Assembly (NCBI GenBank): GCA_964016885.1
Contig: OZ024744.1
Span: 87,544,001 to 87,608,000, forward strand
DNA length: 64,000 nt
Reading direction: 5' to 3'
Source: Eledone cirrhosa
Lineage: Eukaryota
The notes beneath the pieces were generated by a model. The model worked only from the letters and a program-made list of their open reading frames with translations, had not been told where the DNA came from and did not search any database. A program made the position numbers and the translations under genes. Below are positions 26,120 through 40,618 of the stretch, piece after piece; position 1 is the stretch's first letter, and each line of letters starts with the position of its first letter.

Positions 26120-27317
26120 TTTCTGTTTTTTTTTTTTTTTCCTATAGCTACTTCTTTACTAAATGCTATGGATTCTATTCTAATCGCTCTCTTACTAGCG
26201 CCCCACCACTTGTTGTAGACGATTTCCCATGCCAACTAGAACTAAGCTAATGTGCTGATCCGGTCATTGTACGCTTTACGCGCCGGGAACCGACGCGTTA
26301 AGATTCCAGTAATCTGGTCCCTGTCTTCATGTTCTATCTAGGTCCACAATGCATATCAGGAATTTGCGGTCTGAATAGGCAACCGTTTGAAACTGTGGAA
26401 TCCGATGTTATCCATATCTGCTAACCTAATCAAAAACCTATCTAGATACGATCTTGATACCCTATGAGTTTGGTCCAAGACCACGCTGGCATATTCGAGA
26501 AATCTAGACAGTAGCTGTCAAACAGCTGGAATTGACTGATTATGTTCTTGGGTCTTTTGCACTTCCAACTTGGCTACTCATACACAATCCTAGCGTCGAC
26601 TAAATGACGCGTAGATATCAAACGCCTCAAAAATGGGGGCTAGTGCGTATGTATCGGAAATCCTGGTATCGCTGGGGGTACACACATCTATAGTTCATGA
26701 CCTGTTGTCGATTAGCAAGTGACTTTGTTTCCTGGACGATACAAGGCACCTACATTTATACAACCTACTCTTAAAATTACCATGTTCGTTGATTAAGAGT
26801 ACACTGGGTAGCTATTTTCTGTCCGCGTGCTGTTGAACACGGGTAGTTTTATCTTCATATGTGGTTGTGGTTTCTTTGTAACCCTTTTAAAAGCCTACTG
26901 TTGGCCTTTATGTTAGGCGTTCCGACTTCATAGAGAAAGCCCTCTCTAAGGATTTTTATTTTATTTTCAGAGAATATTCTGACCATTATAAGTGACTTTA
27001 ATTGTAGTGGTTTCATAGGTCTTTCCTTCTCTCGATGTGTCGTTGTTTTGTGGGAGGGGGTGCTTTGTTTCTTTCTGGACAAGGTCTTAGTCTATGGCAG
27101 ACTGAGTTCTTTGATATTTTTTGTACCTTTGGTGTGTGTGGGGGGGGGGGCTTTTCTCCTTCACTGTGGGATGGAGGAGGTGTTTGTGTCACAAAAAAAA
27201 GGAGTGGGTGGAAGTATGTTTGTGTGTTTGTGTGTGAGTGTGAGCTTAGAGTGAGTAGCTAGAAAGAGAGAGGGAAAGAGACTAAGTGCGCGCGCGAGCG
27301 AGAGAGATAGGGAGGAC

Positions 27318-27367
<50 letters not shown>

Positions 27368-28130
27368 TTGCTGTTGCTGTTGGTGTTGATGGTGGTTTGG
27401 TTTCTGCAATGTTTGGTGTCACTGTTGTTGATGTTGCTACTACTGTTGATATTCACTGTTGGCGTTCTTGCTGTTGTTGTTATGTCCCTGGTTTTGGCTG
27501 CAATGGTACTCTCTGGTTCCCCGCTGTCTTCAAAAAGCTCTTAGGTGGGTGATGTGTCCTCATCGGTGAGACCTAGGCTTGCTTTTCTTTCTTTTTTCTT
27601 TTGTCTTTGACCACTTGTAGTCCACCACCAACTGGAAGGTGAAATATATTTGACCTGCAGAAGTTTTTCTAGACTGAATACGGACCAATTCTCCATCCGG
27701 GTCCTCTTTCCTTCCACGAGCGTTTCGCTTCCCTCCAAGACGATGCAAGCTAGGATTCAAGATATGTCTAATTTTGATGGGATCCAAGTATTCTTATTTT
27801 TAGTGTTCTTATTCCCGTGTGAGAAGGGGACATTATAAATTGATACGTTTTATAGGGGACAACAGTGTAATTATTCGCAATGGACTCACCCTTGAGTTCT
27901 GAAATGCTCCAGAATTGCTTGGCCTTTGCAACGTGTCGTATATCTAGCATCAAGCTCTTCAGAGCTGCCTCCATGTAGGATTCTGGGGTCATCCTTGGCA
28001 TTTTAGACTTGATGCTGATACATATGTTTGTCAGCATCTTTTTTCCATCGCTGCCAACAACTCAGATGGAACATTTTTGTTGACCCAGGTTGTTACCATT
28101 GTCATAAGTTTTCACAGCCATTCTCCAGCA
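26120..28130 (-). mobile_element. Old, internally deleted Tx1-clade LINE: ORF1 remnant plus AP endonuclease remnant
   Basis: ORF1 [20 protein letters not shown] resembles ETALKEAMPDIAYLQRAKQY of element B. ORF2 starts at 26783 with MVILRVGCINV, followed by VQETK, SRSYLDRFLIR, GPDYWNLNAS, NKWW..KRAIRIESIAFS. Confidence 0.8.
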
Positions 28131-28235
28131 TTCGAGATTTTCTTGTGCGTACGCGCGCGCGCGCGCGCGTGTGTGTGTGTCTGTCTCTCTGTGTGTGTGT
28201 GTGTCTATTTGTCTCTGTGTGTGTGCGTCTTTCTC

Positions 28236-28267
<32 letters not shown>

Positions 28268-28606
28268 CGTGCGTGCGTGCATGCGTTAACAGGTATGATT
28301 CTATTTCAGAAAAGTAAATATAGATATATATGCCATAAAACGATTTGCGCTTGAACGTCGGGTCTTCTATTCTATATGAATGTCTGTGTCTAATGGTGAC
28401 ATTGAGGGATGTCATAATAAGTATATAATGTAAAAATAATGTCACACATTCTCTTGTTGACATGAATAGACTTCTCTTCAGTGCTAGTAAATCATATGAA
28501 CTTATTTCAGTAGACTGTACATTACTCTGTTCAACCCAAAGAGGAACGTTTATGTAGTCGTTGTGTCTGTTAGAAATACCAGCCAAATCTCCCCCTGGAA
28601 GCTTAC

Positions 28607-28845
28607 ACAGCACACACCTATGCAGGTTTAACTGGCCTCCTCCAAGGTATATCTCGTTGGAGGTGTCTTGGGTAATTTAATGATAGGGACCCCAGTCCTA
28701 TCATCTCATTTTTACAGCTGAGTAAACTAGAGCAACGTGAAATAAAGTGTCTTACTCAAGGAAACAACACATCACCCGGTCCGAGAATTGAACTCACACC
28801 CTTTCATCATGCGCCTGACTTAGTGGTTAGAGCATTGGGCATGCG
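28607..28845 (-). mobile_element. tRNA-derived SINE, family 2 (CORE-like central domain), with a 15-bp target-site duplication
   Basis: B-box gagttcaattc, central gtttccttgagtaagacactttatttcacgttgctctagtttactcagctgtaaaaatgag. TSD cccctggaagcttac at 28592-28606 and 28846-28860. Confidence 0.85.
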
Positions 28846-29324
28846 CCCCTGGAAGCTTACTCACATTCAAACAGGAACGACTGGAGGCTGTTGCTCTTAC
28901 GTCTGCTCATTCAGAGCTCAATAGATGAAGGCTAAACAACAGCAATAACAACAACAATGTTCTATATAAATGTGAACACTCAAATACTTAGAGTTAGCAC
29001 GTAATTCTCCCCAAAACATACCCAAACAGAGGTGTTGGTGGCTGGAATGCCGTTGTGGTTAGATCTGCTCATTAATATATCACTTGTGATAGAAGGGCGC
29101 AAACAAGTGCAATATAAGGAATAACCAGTAAGATGTTCACACAACTTGATGGAAATATCATCTAAATAACTGAGACAACATTCTATGATATTTGGATGAA
29201 ACGAAAAAACGGAAAACAGACATTGGTCAACTTTAGTTATATGAAAAAAGACTGGTGATGGGGCAAGATTGCAAGGATTTTTATATAAATCCTGCTCGAT
29301 CAGAGTATATTTTTAAGGTCAAGT

Positions 29325-29382
<58 letters not shown>

Positions 29383-29428
29383 GCAAGAACAACAACGACA
29401 ACAACAACAACAACGACAACAACAACAA

Positions 29429-29463
<35 letters not shown>

Positions 29464-29885
29464 CAGACAGGGCGATAACGATGATGACAATGGCGACGAC
29501 AGCAACCAGGACATGTGCCTTTTTAAAAGGAACAGTTTTAGGGAGAAAGAAGGAGCTGTGTTGACTGCGTGTATTTCAGGAAGGAAATAGAAAAACAAAC
29601 ATATGAATGAATGGCGGCGATTAATTGACCTCATCCAGTTCAAGGAGGAGCAACTATCAGCTAGATTAGAAAGAGTTAAGCCGGTTTGGCAGTACTCTGT
29701 GAAGCGGGATGTAGGACGGGGGTAAAGATAGACTAGTACATGGGTCATCGATCAATTGACCGTACATAGTACATGCGTGTGTGTTAAAGTATATTTGTCT
29801 TCTCTTTTTGTTGTTTTGTTTAAATACGTACGTATGTAAACACACACACACACGAAGTATATACTTACATGCTTGTAAATGTACA

Positions 29886-29924
<39 letters not shown>

Positions 29925-29929
<5 letters not shown>

Positions 29930-30240
29930 CGTTTCTGAATTTGTTTAGCAAGATTCTTTATCTGAAATCGTGTGTTGAAACCGATATTGTTATACTTTGG
30001 GAGGGTCATGTTGCCAATAAGAAACACACGCACCAGTTGCTTTCACTTCAATTTAATTTATTAAATATTTATAAATTTACAAATTTATAAATTTCTGGTT
30101 GGTTGGTTGGTTCCACAACCAGATAGTTGTTTATATATATATAGTCATAGTTCTTTCGTCACACACTCTGTGACCTCTTCAGTGACTGGGGATTTCTTTC
30201 TTCGTTTCTGAGCCTTTCCTTTCTTCTATCCTACGCCATT
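29925..30240 (-). mobile_element. Repeat family F5 (hammerhead-bearing) inserted in (TA)n
   Basis: Matches 37550-37952, 61003-61200 and a relic at ~40350-40397. Confidence 0.85.
30143..30187 (-). ncRNA. Minimal type-I hammerhead ribozyme motif (F5)
   Basis: agtca-CTGAAGA-g-gtcaca gagtg tgtgac-GAAA-gaac-TA-tgact. Perfect 5-bp stem I, 6-bp stem II and full catalytic core. Confidence 0.85.
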
Positions 30241-30596
<356 letters not shown>

Positions 30597-31321
30597 ATAT
30601 ATATGATTTTATGTTTGTGTGTATGATTTTGTACCCTAGACTGTTCGAATATCTGATTTTGAACATGCGTTCATATACATATACATACGTACATACATAC
30701 ACACACATACATACACACACACATACATACACACACATACATACACACACACATACATACATACGTACATACATACACACACATACATACACACACACAT
30801 ACATACACACACATACATACACACACACATACATACACACACACATACATACACACATACATATATACATACTTGCACACTAACATGCATACATACATAC
30901 ATACATACATACATACATACATACATACATACATACATACATACATACATACATACAAACTTACACACTAACCTTGCCACCAGGAAGGTGACCACTCAAA
31001 AAAATATACTGGAAATTAAGAGAAAGAGATAATAATAAAAAAGCATACATACATACATACATACATACAAACATACATACTTACACACTAACATACATAC
31101 ATATATACACACTTACATACACATACACACATACATACATACATACATACATACATCCATACATACATACATACATACATACATACATACATGATGGCTG
31201 CCCCCTCGTTATCGAGTATGGCCATTGCACGAGAAGAAAAAAAAAAAATAAAGAAAAAAAAAAATAAAAGAAAATAAAATAATAATAATAATAATTGTTT
31301 CTACTTTTTTTTTTTTATTGT

Positions 31322-31371
<50 letters not shown>

Positions 31372-31585
31372 TAAATAAAAAAAATAAAAAAAAATAAAAA
31401 TAAATAAATATATATATATATATATATACATACATACATATATACATACACACATACATACACATACACACACACATACATTAATAACAATAATAATAAT
31501 AATAATACATACATACATACATACATTCATACATTCATACATACATACATACATACATACATACATACATACATACATACATACA

Positions 31586-31616
<31 letters not shown>

Positions 31617-31935
31617 GTATTCATGAATGTACGCGTGTATTTCAGTGTGTTTGTTTAAATGCGGGGGTGCGAAAAACGTAGCTGTGAACTCTTCGTACAA
31701 TTTCTCCTAACGACAAAAATCGTTTAATGCCTCGCTAAGGGTGTCTGTAGACTGACAGTCTCTCGGGTGGATTACAGTCAATTGTTCGGGTGGCTTGAGA
31801 GTGTTTGTTGATACTCTCCACGGTAACTGTCATCGTTGTTATCCCTCTTCTCTTCAACGTCGTTCGTTCCTTATCTATGGTGTTGGTAGCAGTGGTGGTG
31901 ACAAGGGTAGTGGCAGTGGCATAGTAGCATTTTGG

Positions 31936-31970
<35 letters not shown>

Positions 31971-32118
31971 GGTAGATGTTGTGTAGTTGTTATTGGCCGT
32001 ATTGATGTTGATGGTGTTTTTGTTGTTGTTGTTGTTGTTTTGTTGTTGTTTTGTTGTTGGTTTGGTTGAAGGTGGTTATATTGGTGGTGGTGGTGATGGT
32101 GGTGGTGGTGGTGGTGGT

Positions 32119-32697
32119 GGTAGTGGTAGGAGTGCTTTTTGGTGGCGGTGGTGGTGTTAGTGGTGGTGCTGGTGGTGTTGTTGGTGTCCATGGTGTTATT
32201 GGTGTTGGTGTTATTGGTGTTGGTGTTTGTGGCGATGTTGTTTGTGGTGGTGGTGGTGGTGGTGGTGTTAGTGAAGGTCGTATTAGGGGTGGTGGTGGTG
32301 GTAGTGGCGGTGGTAGTGGTAGGAGTGCTTTTTGGTGGCGGTGGTGGTGTTAGTGGTGGTGCTGGTGGTGTTGTTGGTGTCCATGGTGTTATTGGTGTTG
32401 GTGTTATTGGTGTTGGTGTTTGTGGCGATGTTGTTTGTGGTGGTGGTGGTGGTGGTGTTAGTGAAGGTCGTATTAGGGGTGGTGGTGGTGGTAGTGGCGG
32501 TGGTAGTGGTAGGAGTGCTTTTTGGTGGCGGTGGTGGTGTTAGTGGTGGTGCTGGTGGTGTTGTTGGTGTCCATGGTGTTATTGGTGTTGGTGTTATTGG
32601 TGTTGGTGTTTGTGGCGATGTTGTTTGTGGTGGTGGTGGTGGTGGTGTTAGTGAAGGTCGTATTAGTGGTGGTGGTGGTGGTAGTGGCGGTGGTGGC
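32119..32697. repeat. Three near-identical ~190-bp GGT/GTT-rich minisatellite units within a low-complexity tract (31880-33060)
   Basis: aggagtgctttttggtggcgg...gtccatgg...gtgaaggtcgtattag recurs at periods of 193 and 190 bp. Confidence 0.93.
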
Positions 32698-32966
32698 GGT
32701 GGTGGTGGTGGTGGTGGTATTGGTGTCGGGGTTGTTAGTGGTGGTGTTGGTGGTATTGGTGTGTCGGTGGTACTATTGGTGGTGATGGTGTTTGTGTGTG
32801 GTGGTGATGGTGTTTGTGGTGGTGGTGGTGGTGGTGGTGGTGGTCGGTGGTGGTAAAGGTGGCGGTGGTTGTGTTTGTGGTGGTGGTGGTGGTGGTGGTG
32901 GTGGTGGTGGTGATGTTAGTGACGGTGGAATTGGTGGCAGTGGTGGCGATTGTGTTTCTGTAGTAG

Positions 32967-32998
<32 letters not shown>

Positions 32999-33264
32999 GG
33001 TGGTGGTGGTGGTGGTGATGCTGCTGCTGCTGCTGCTGCTGCTGGTGGTTGTGGAAGCGGTGGTGTTGATAGAGATCGTGGGAAGGGAAAGAGACGGGGG
33101 GGGGGTGTTGTGTTGATAGTAGCAGTTAGTGATCTATGTCTTTGAGTTGTATGTTGTATGTTGTAATAGCTGTGACATTGCTCATATAAATGAATACAAC
33201 TACTCCTACTGCTGTTGCTATGGTTATAATTACTAACTCTTTATAAACAGTGGCAATTGACCGC

Positions 33265-33376
<112 letters not shown>

Positions 33377-33469
33377 ACGTGTCTGTGTGTACGCAGTTAT
33401 ATGTGTACGTTTATGTTTGTGTATCGGTGTGATTATGTGTAAGTATGTGTATGTGTTCGTCCATATATA

Positions 33470-33551
<82 letters not shown>

Positions 33552-33553
33552 AG

Positions 33554-33631
<78 letters not shown>

Positions 33632-33696
33632 TATGTATACGTACATACATATATGTATACAGACGTACAGTATTATGTATATAGATACATGCATGT

Positions 33697-33742
<46 letters not shown>

Positions 33743-33771
33743 GTACGTATGGGTTTAACGAACATTTATTA

Positions 33772-33950
33772 TAATTGTTTCTACTTTTGGCACAAGGCCA
33801 GCAATTACCCAGTACATTACTGGTACTTTATTTTATCGACCCCGTAAGGATGAAAGGCAAAGTTAACCTCGGTGGGATTCGAACTCAGAATGGCAAGGGC
33901 CGTAACTCTATGCGTCAAAGCATAGCGTCCGACCCTCAACCGATACTGTC
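33772..33950 (-). mobile_element. tRNA-derived SINE, family 1, variant A, nested in F2
   Basis: Reverse-complement copy with B-box gagttcgaatccc. Confidence 0.88.
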
Positions 33951-34033
33951 ATTTGTTTGTAAACAAACAGCCCGAATTAAGCCGTACAGTGTTCGGCAAC
34001 CATCGTTGCCTTTTGTCCAACACTGACAAAGGA

Positions 34034-34076
34034 AAGATGAACTAGTTTCTAGCTTATTAACTGTCATCAGCACCGT
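34034..34076 (-). ncRNA. Hammerhead motif (F2), slightly mutated
   Basis: acggtg-CTGATGA-cagttaataagcta-GAAA-ctag-TT-catctt. Confidence 0.65.
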
Positions 34077-34348
34077 AAACCCATACGTACATATATATAT
34101 GTGTGCATGTATGTATCTATATACATACTACTGTACGTCTGTATACATATATGTATGTACGTATACATACTCATATTTAAGTATCAGCCGTACTAAGAGT
34201 GAGAAATGAAATTTCATTTTTTCCATTTATCGTTTTCGGTACGCCCGGCCGACTAACTCACTCGATATGCAAATTAGGCTGCTCAGCCGTTAATATGCAT
34301 AAGGAAAGTATATACTTTCAAACGTTCAATCGATTGACAGGTAGGTAT

Positions 34349-34391
34349 ACGGTGCTGATGACAGCTAATAAGCTAGAAACTAGTTCATCGT
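34349..34391 (+). ncRNA. Hammerhead motif (F2), identical to 9400-9442
   Basis: acggtgctgatgacagctaataagctagaaactagttcatcgt. Confidence 0.75.
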
Positions 34392-34429
34392 TCCTTTGTC
34401 AGTGTTGAACAAAAGGGCTACGATGGTTG

Positions 34430-34890
34430 TTTTGTAAAGGAGATTTGTCAGGTAGGTGGCAGTTACAGTTACATGCTTTTCTATGCGCCAGTTCTTCTAA
34501 ATGGTTTTGCAGGTTGCTATGTATGGGCTGAGAATTGGGTTTGTTGATGTATTGTGGTGATGTGCTCTGACGTATGTTTGGTTGTGATGATGTTACATGC
34601 TTGTGTTTTGTATTAGGTCTTATGGTACTTATTTGTGGGCCACTTGTATTATAAATTCTTTTATAGTTAATTTTGTATATGTCCGATTCTATGTCGTTGG
34701 CAGTGGAGTATGATAGTTTGATAGTTTTCTATTAAAGATTTTATGAATTTTAGGGAAGTCAACTAATTTGAAGAAAGTGTAAGGTAGCTTTGTTTTTATA
34801 GAGGAGTTAAACATAGGATTAAACCATAAGTAGTTTCTATTTCTGCATCTTCTATAGTTATTAGTGGTCTTTTATATTAGTATTCTGTTC
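34430..34890 (-). pseudogene. Decayed PLE (Naiad-like) thumb/linker fragment
   Basis: RNRNYLWFNPMFNSSIKTKLPYTFFKLVDFPKIHKIFNRK ... CNCNCHLPDKSPLQN. Confidence 0.72.
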
Positions 34891-34892
34891 CT

Positions 34893-34942
<50 letters not shown>

Positions 34943-34957
34943 ATATATTATATATAT

Positions 34958-34992
<35 letters not shown>

Positions 34993-35103
34993 GCTTTTTT
35001 ACGACTAATTTAGGATCTGGATGTAGGTATTAAGTTAAGTGGGTATTCTCGTAGAACATGAAAAGGAATTAAAATTAAGTACACTATGGGAAGATACTAC
35101 ATG

Positions 35104-35144
<41 letters not shown>

Positions 35145-35351
35145 ATATTTCTTTAAGTCGTTTGGAAGCCTCGACAATGCAAATGGGTAAATCTCCGGGT
35201 AACAAGATCCGGTGGTGGAGAGAGAGATGTAAGTGGGTGTACGTTGAGATGCATGGGGTGTATAAGACGTGTAGAGGAATGAAGGAAAGAGCATAAAGAA
35301 TAAAATAAAAATTACAACACGAGAGAGAGTTACCTTGGGAGAGATTTAATT

Positions 35352-35390
35352 GTCCCTATATATTTCGGATTCACATCCATCAACTGGGAC
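35352..35390 (-). ncRNA. Degenerate hammerhead-like motif
   Basis: gtcc-CAGTTGA-t-ggat gtga atcc-GAAA-tata-TA-gggac. Stems are intact but the core has two substitutions. Confidence 0.5.
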
Positions 35391-35854
35391 TTTTTTCCGG
35401 GGTGGGGGAAAGGTTGTCTGTCGGAAAGGTGCGAAACGCGTCCTCCGCTGTTCGTTGTTTTGAATCAAAACAACGTCGCCTGGGTAGGTAAAATAATATC
35501 TGCTTTGATGAAAAGGTGTTGATCTTAGCGACTGCTTCTCGACGACTCATCTATGGACACACACAGGCCATGCGGGGGAGGGTGGTGTTGACCTTTATCA
35601 CTTAGAAACGCGGGTGACTGACGAAGGGGCTGCTGGGGGAGGGAGGTAATGACCTCTAACATTAAGCCTAATTTCCTCACGCTACTTGATTGGAAACCGA
35701 TGAATTCTTAAATACACAACTAAAACCTCAGACGACGTCAGTGGCCATCGTTCTGCCTTTGACCATCTATAAGATTTGCAATGATAGGTTCTATCGTAGT
35801 ATAAAAGTTGAAGCAAATAAATTGATATATGTGTGAGGTGGAGCCGAAGTTTCG

Positions 35855-36350
35855 AATTTGAACGAAATCGGTTGAAAAATGTGGGAGCTAGAGCCGAAAA
35901 GGCGGAAATTTGAACGAAAAGGTGGTATTTTCGAATAGTTAAGCGGCTGCCACGCCGTTCCTAAACAAAGAATCCAAAATGTAAGCTACTTTAAGACGTG
36001 AAATAATCCAATCTAGCGTAGTGTAAAATTTGAACAAAGTAGGTTGATTAATGTGGGAGCTAGAGCTGAAAAAGTGGAATTTTGAGTCTAAAAGTGGTAT
36101 TTTTGAATATTTAAGCGGCTGCTACGCCGTTCCGGAACAACAAATGCAAAATATAATGCGAGTATAGGATGTGCAACGATAAATTCTATTTTGCTTTAAA
36201 ATTTGAACGAAATCGGTGGCAAAATGTGGGAGCTGATATATAGAAAACACTCCCCTGAAAAGTTTCATGAAAATCGGTCGTAAGATGTAGGTAATACACA
36301 GACACACAGATACACATACACACATACTTAATTTTATATATATACAGATA
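35855..36350. mobile_element. Non-autonomous Helitron/Helentron-like repeat with ~172-bp internal tandem units (left boundary uncertain)
   Basis: aatttgaac.aa....g.....aatgtgggagct at ~35855, ~36027 and ~36200. Ends aagtttcatgaaaatcggt..acagacacacaga..ttttatatatatacagat, similar to DINE/Lep1-type ends. Confidence 0.5.
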
Positions 36351-36707
36351 TATATATATATATATTCAAAATTAAATTAAATTAATTTAAGGGTGTCATG
36401 TCAGAGTGACATGCACCATATCCACTGTAGAATATGCTCCAAGATTCCAATGAATAGATCCGAGCATTTTATATCAACTAGAAATTGATTGACATATATA
36501 TATATCTAAAATAAACATATGAAACAATCACAGGGGATAATCTGTAAAAGTGTGTAAGTACACATAGCTATGTAGGTAACTAATTAAAGTTTAACTTTAA
36601 AAATAGATACCTTATAAATGGATTAATCATCCTTGTATATATTTCATTAAAGCAATATATTTCACCATTAATTCGGTAAACGACAGTAGCCAAATCCTGG
36701 ATTTTCA

Positions 36708-36762
36708 ACATTCGTAGATTTGAACTTGGTGTGTTTACCCAGCAAGTTCAAATCTACGAATG
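36708..36762. repeat. Perfect 20-bp inverted repeat with a 14-nt loop
   Basis: cattcgtagatttgaacttg / caagttcaaatctacgaatg. Confidence 0.9.
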
Positions 36763-36967
36763 ACTAGCAGCACGTGTTGCACTTATGAAAAATACACACA
36801 TCGTACCAGCTTCATCTCAATGGCGTGAAGAGGGTTATCGACAACTAGAAATAGCAGTCGAGTCCTTTCAACTGAGTTAGCTCTACAATTAAGGGGCCGT
36901 ATATATATATTCAATTGTTTTATATGTTTATTTTAGATATATATATATATATGTCAAGCAATTTCTA

Positions 36968-37044
<77 letters not shown>

Positions 37045-37145
37045 TATACATATATATATACATATATATAAACACATGTATGTATATATATATATATATA
37101 TATATGTGTCTGTGTAGTTATGTAATAAACAACATAAGGCAATTA

Positions 37146-37206
37146 TTTCATTTACCAGTGGTTTCTTAAAAGCAAACAAATTTTGTTTTCAATCATCAGA
37201 ATGAAA
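37146..37206 (-). ncRNA. Type-I hammerhead ribozyme motif (F4)
   Basis: tttcatt-CTGATGA-ttgaaa..ttttaa-GAAA-cca c tgg-TA-aatgaaa. 7-bp stem I, near-palindromic stem III, GUA cleavage triplet. Confidence 0.82.
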
Positions 37207-37512
37207 AAATCCTGGTGTATTTATTGACATTGGATTTTAAAAACAAAAATATAATCTATATGAAAGTGAGGCTGTAAAAAAAAGAAGGAAAGGAAAAATA
37301 AACACACATGCACACACACTCACACACACACACACACAAAATTACATACACACACATATATACATACACATATATACACACACATACATACACACACACA
37401 TATATATGCATATATATATAGATACATACACATACATACACACTTATATATCAACATATATTCATACATTCATATACACACAAATACACAAACACGCACA
37501 CACACACACACA

Positions 37513-38059
<547 letters not shown>

Positions 38060-38649
38060 TATACATACATACACACAATCATACATATATACACACGTAC
38101 ATACACTCACATACATACACACATATATATATATACACGCATACATACGCACACACACACATAATTATAAGAAAAAATATAAGAATAAAAATGAATAAAA
38201 AATTATTATAAAGTTGACAGCGATACAGGCAACAAATAAATGAACAAACACACGTGGTAAGCAATACACTCAATTACACATACACATACATACGAAAAAA
38301 TAAATACATACACACACAAACAAACACATACATATACATATACATACACACATACATACACATATACATACACATATATACGTATATATACACACACACA
38401 TATATATATATATACATATATACACACATATATATACATACATATTCACAAACACATACACACACATACATATATATAAAAGAAAATACATAAATATTAT
38501 ATATATATATAAAAATAAAAAGTTGGGAATACGACAAATAATAAATAAATAAATAATTAGAAAAGGGTATAAATGTTTATAGCTGATTTAGAGCACTCAA
38601 CAATATGTATGTATATATATATATATATATAGACACACACACATGTATG

Positions 38650-38683
<34 letters not shown>

Positions 38684-38761
38684 TGTATGTATGTATGTAT
38701 GTATGTACGTACGTATGTATGTATGTATGTATGTATAGATAAGTAATTGTATGTATATGTG

Positions 38762-39405
38762 TCATCGGCGGTTCCATGAGGCTTGGCCTCCGGTTCTGCC
38801 AGCAACACCAATGTCGCTGCGGTTCCACCGTGGAGTCTTTCGGTCTCCACCCGCTTTCTTGTCGCCACTGTGACGGCCGCATTCCAGGCAAATCTGCCCT
38901 CAAAGAGGTCATTAAGCATGGCTTTGACGCTGCAGGCTTCCCTTCCTAGGTCGAGCCGGTGGGGTTGGATCGAGGGGACGGCAAAAGGCCAGATGGCATG
39001 ACCATCTTCCCGTTTCGCGGTGGCAAACCCCTCGTCTGGGATGCCACTTGCAGCCGCAACCTGGTGCAGTCTGCGACTGACCCAGGTTCTGCTGCACGCC
39101 GGGCTGATGGGGCTAAACTCCTCAAATACCGGTCGCTCTCCGACAGGTTTGCGGTCGTACACCGAGCTGTGGAGACTTCTGGTCTCCTCGGCTCCAGGGC
39201 TACCTCCTTACTCACCACCATAGGCGCTGAGCTGGCCAGCCGCAGGTGTGAGCCCCGCCAGTTGGAGTGGCTTTTCCAGACTTCTCTCCTGTCCTCCTCC
39301 GGGGAAACGCCTTCTCCTTTCTGTGGGTGGGCCCCATCGTGTACCGTTGTAATTGTTGTAGAAGAAACAGTAAGACAACAACTGGAAAGTTTGATTTTCT
39401 ACTTT
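38762..39405 (+). mobile_element. CRE-clade non-LTR retrotransposon 3' fragment (CCHC knuckle plus restriction-like endonuclease)
   Basis: RLGL..HQCRCGSTVESFGLHPLSC..EPVGLDRGDGKRPDGMTIFPFRGGKPLVWDATC..KLLKY..AVETSG; one in-frame stop. Follows a (TATG)n tract. Confidence 0.87.
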
Positions 39406-39680
39406 ATCATTTACTTCTGCACTGAAAAATCTTTCCTGTATATGGGTTTTCTTGAAAGGGGCGTTTAGATAGTATATAAACCAGTTTGACGTACGCTAAC
39501 ACCCAGAACTAACCACTAACACCGTAACCACTACCACGCAAACAACACCACTGCAACCAGTAGCACTCCTACGACTATACTGCCACCACCAATATAACCA
39601 GCTTCAACAGAAAAAACAACAAAACAAAAGTCACCATCAGCATCAATGCGGCCAACTACACCATCTACACAACCTCTACC

Positions 39681-39714
<34 letters not shown>

Positions 39715-39984
39715 CAAATGCTACATTGAAGTTTCGTAGATCTGGCGAGTAAAAGTAATTTCAGTTGGAATCTACAAAGCTAGTCACATTTCTTTACGTT
39801 TCTAATATAAATAGGTAAAGGGGAGAAAATTTGTGGTCAAAAATTATATAATGGGCTTCTTGAGTTTGAATGAAGTCACATGATGTGGACGGATTGGAGT
39901 TAGGATTTTTGGCGATTTCTGTTCGTCTAAAGGAGATAGATATTTATTTTTATCGCTTTTGCCAAACCCAGTGTTTATCATAAA

Positions 39985-40156
39985 CAATGCCGGATTAAGG
40001 ACAAATGGGGCCCTATGCTTGTTAAGTTATGAGGCCCCAAACATTTGAAAAATACATCGTAAAAAGATGTTTGGCAGGAAGATGCTCGCTCCCTTCCACT
40101 AGCCAAAGAGGCCTTGTGCTTAAACCTACCGAAGCACAATAGTAAATCCGGCACTG
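39985..40156. mobile_element. 172-bp hAT-type MITE
   Basis: TIRs caatgccggatt / aatccggcactg; 8-bp TSD atcataaa at 39977-39984 and 40157-40164. Confidence 0.88.
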
Positions 40157-40518
40157 ATCATAAACAAATAATGAGGTAAAGATGAATATCAGATGAAAAA
40201 GACATATAGAGGATGAGAGTTATCGATAAGGTCACTCAAACTGTGATAAAAAGGCATTGTTAATTAAGTATATGATTAACCAAACAATATCTGCTTTATT
40301 TACCTGATAAATAGAACTGAAGTTAAATTTCATAGGTGAGTGTGATTTTATTGGGTGCATGACCCTTCCAAAATACAACAACATCTGTTTCAACACTCCA
40401 CATTACATATGTGTGTTTGTGTGTGTCATTATTCATATCTGCACATGCACAATACAGAATACATCGTTAATTTTTGCTTTGCATTTGAAAAAGGGAGCAT
40501 TTTCACACACACGCACGC

Positions 40519-40554
<36 letters not shown>

Positions 40555-40575
40555 GCACACACACAAGCACACACA

Positions 40576-40618
<43 letters not shown>

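Larger units (their letters stand above)
33629..34430. mobile_element. Repeat family F2, locus 2: inverted arm (33629-34076, interrupted by a SINE) plus forward arm (34075-34430)
   Basis: Matches 9249-9705; two hammerhead motifs in opposite orientation. Confidence 0.85.

Noticed and set aside
31871-33145. Gly/Val-rich or His/Thr-rich structural protein
   Set aside because: Repeat periods of 193 and 190 bp shift the frame in each unit, with stops; a low-complexity minisatellite.
38557-39162. 201-aa minus-strand ORF
   Set aside because: Antisense to the CRE fragment and extended by microsatellite.
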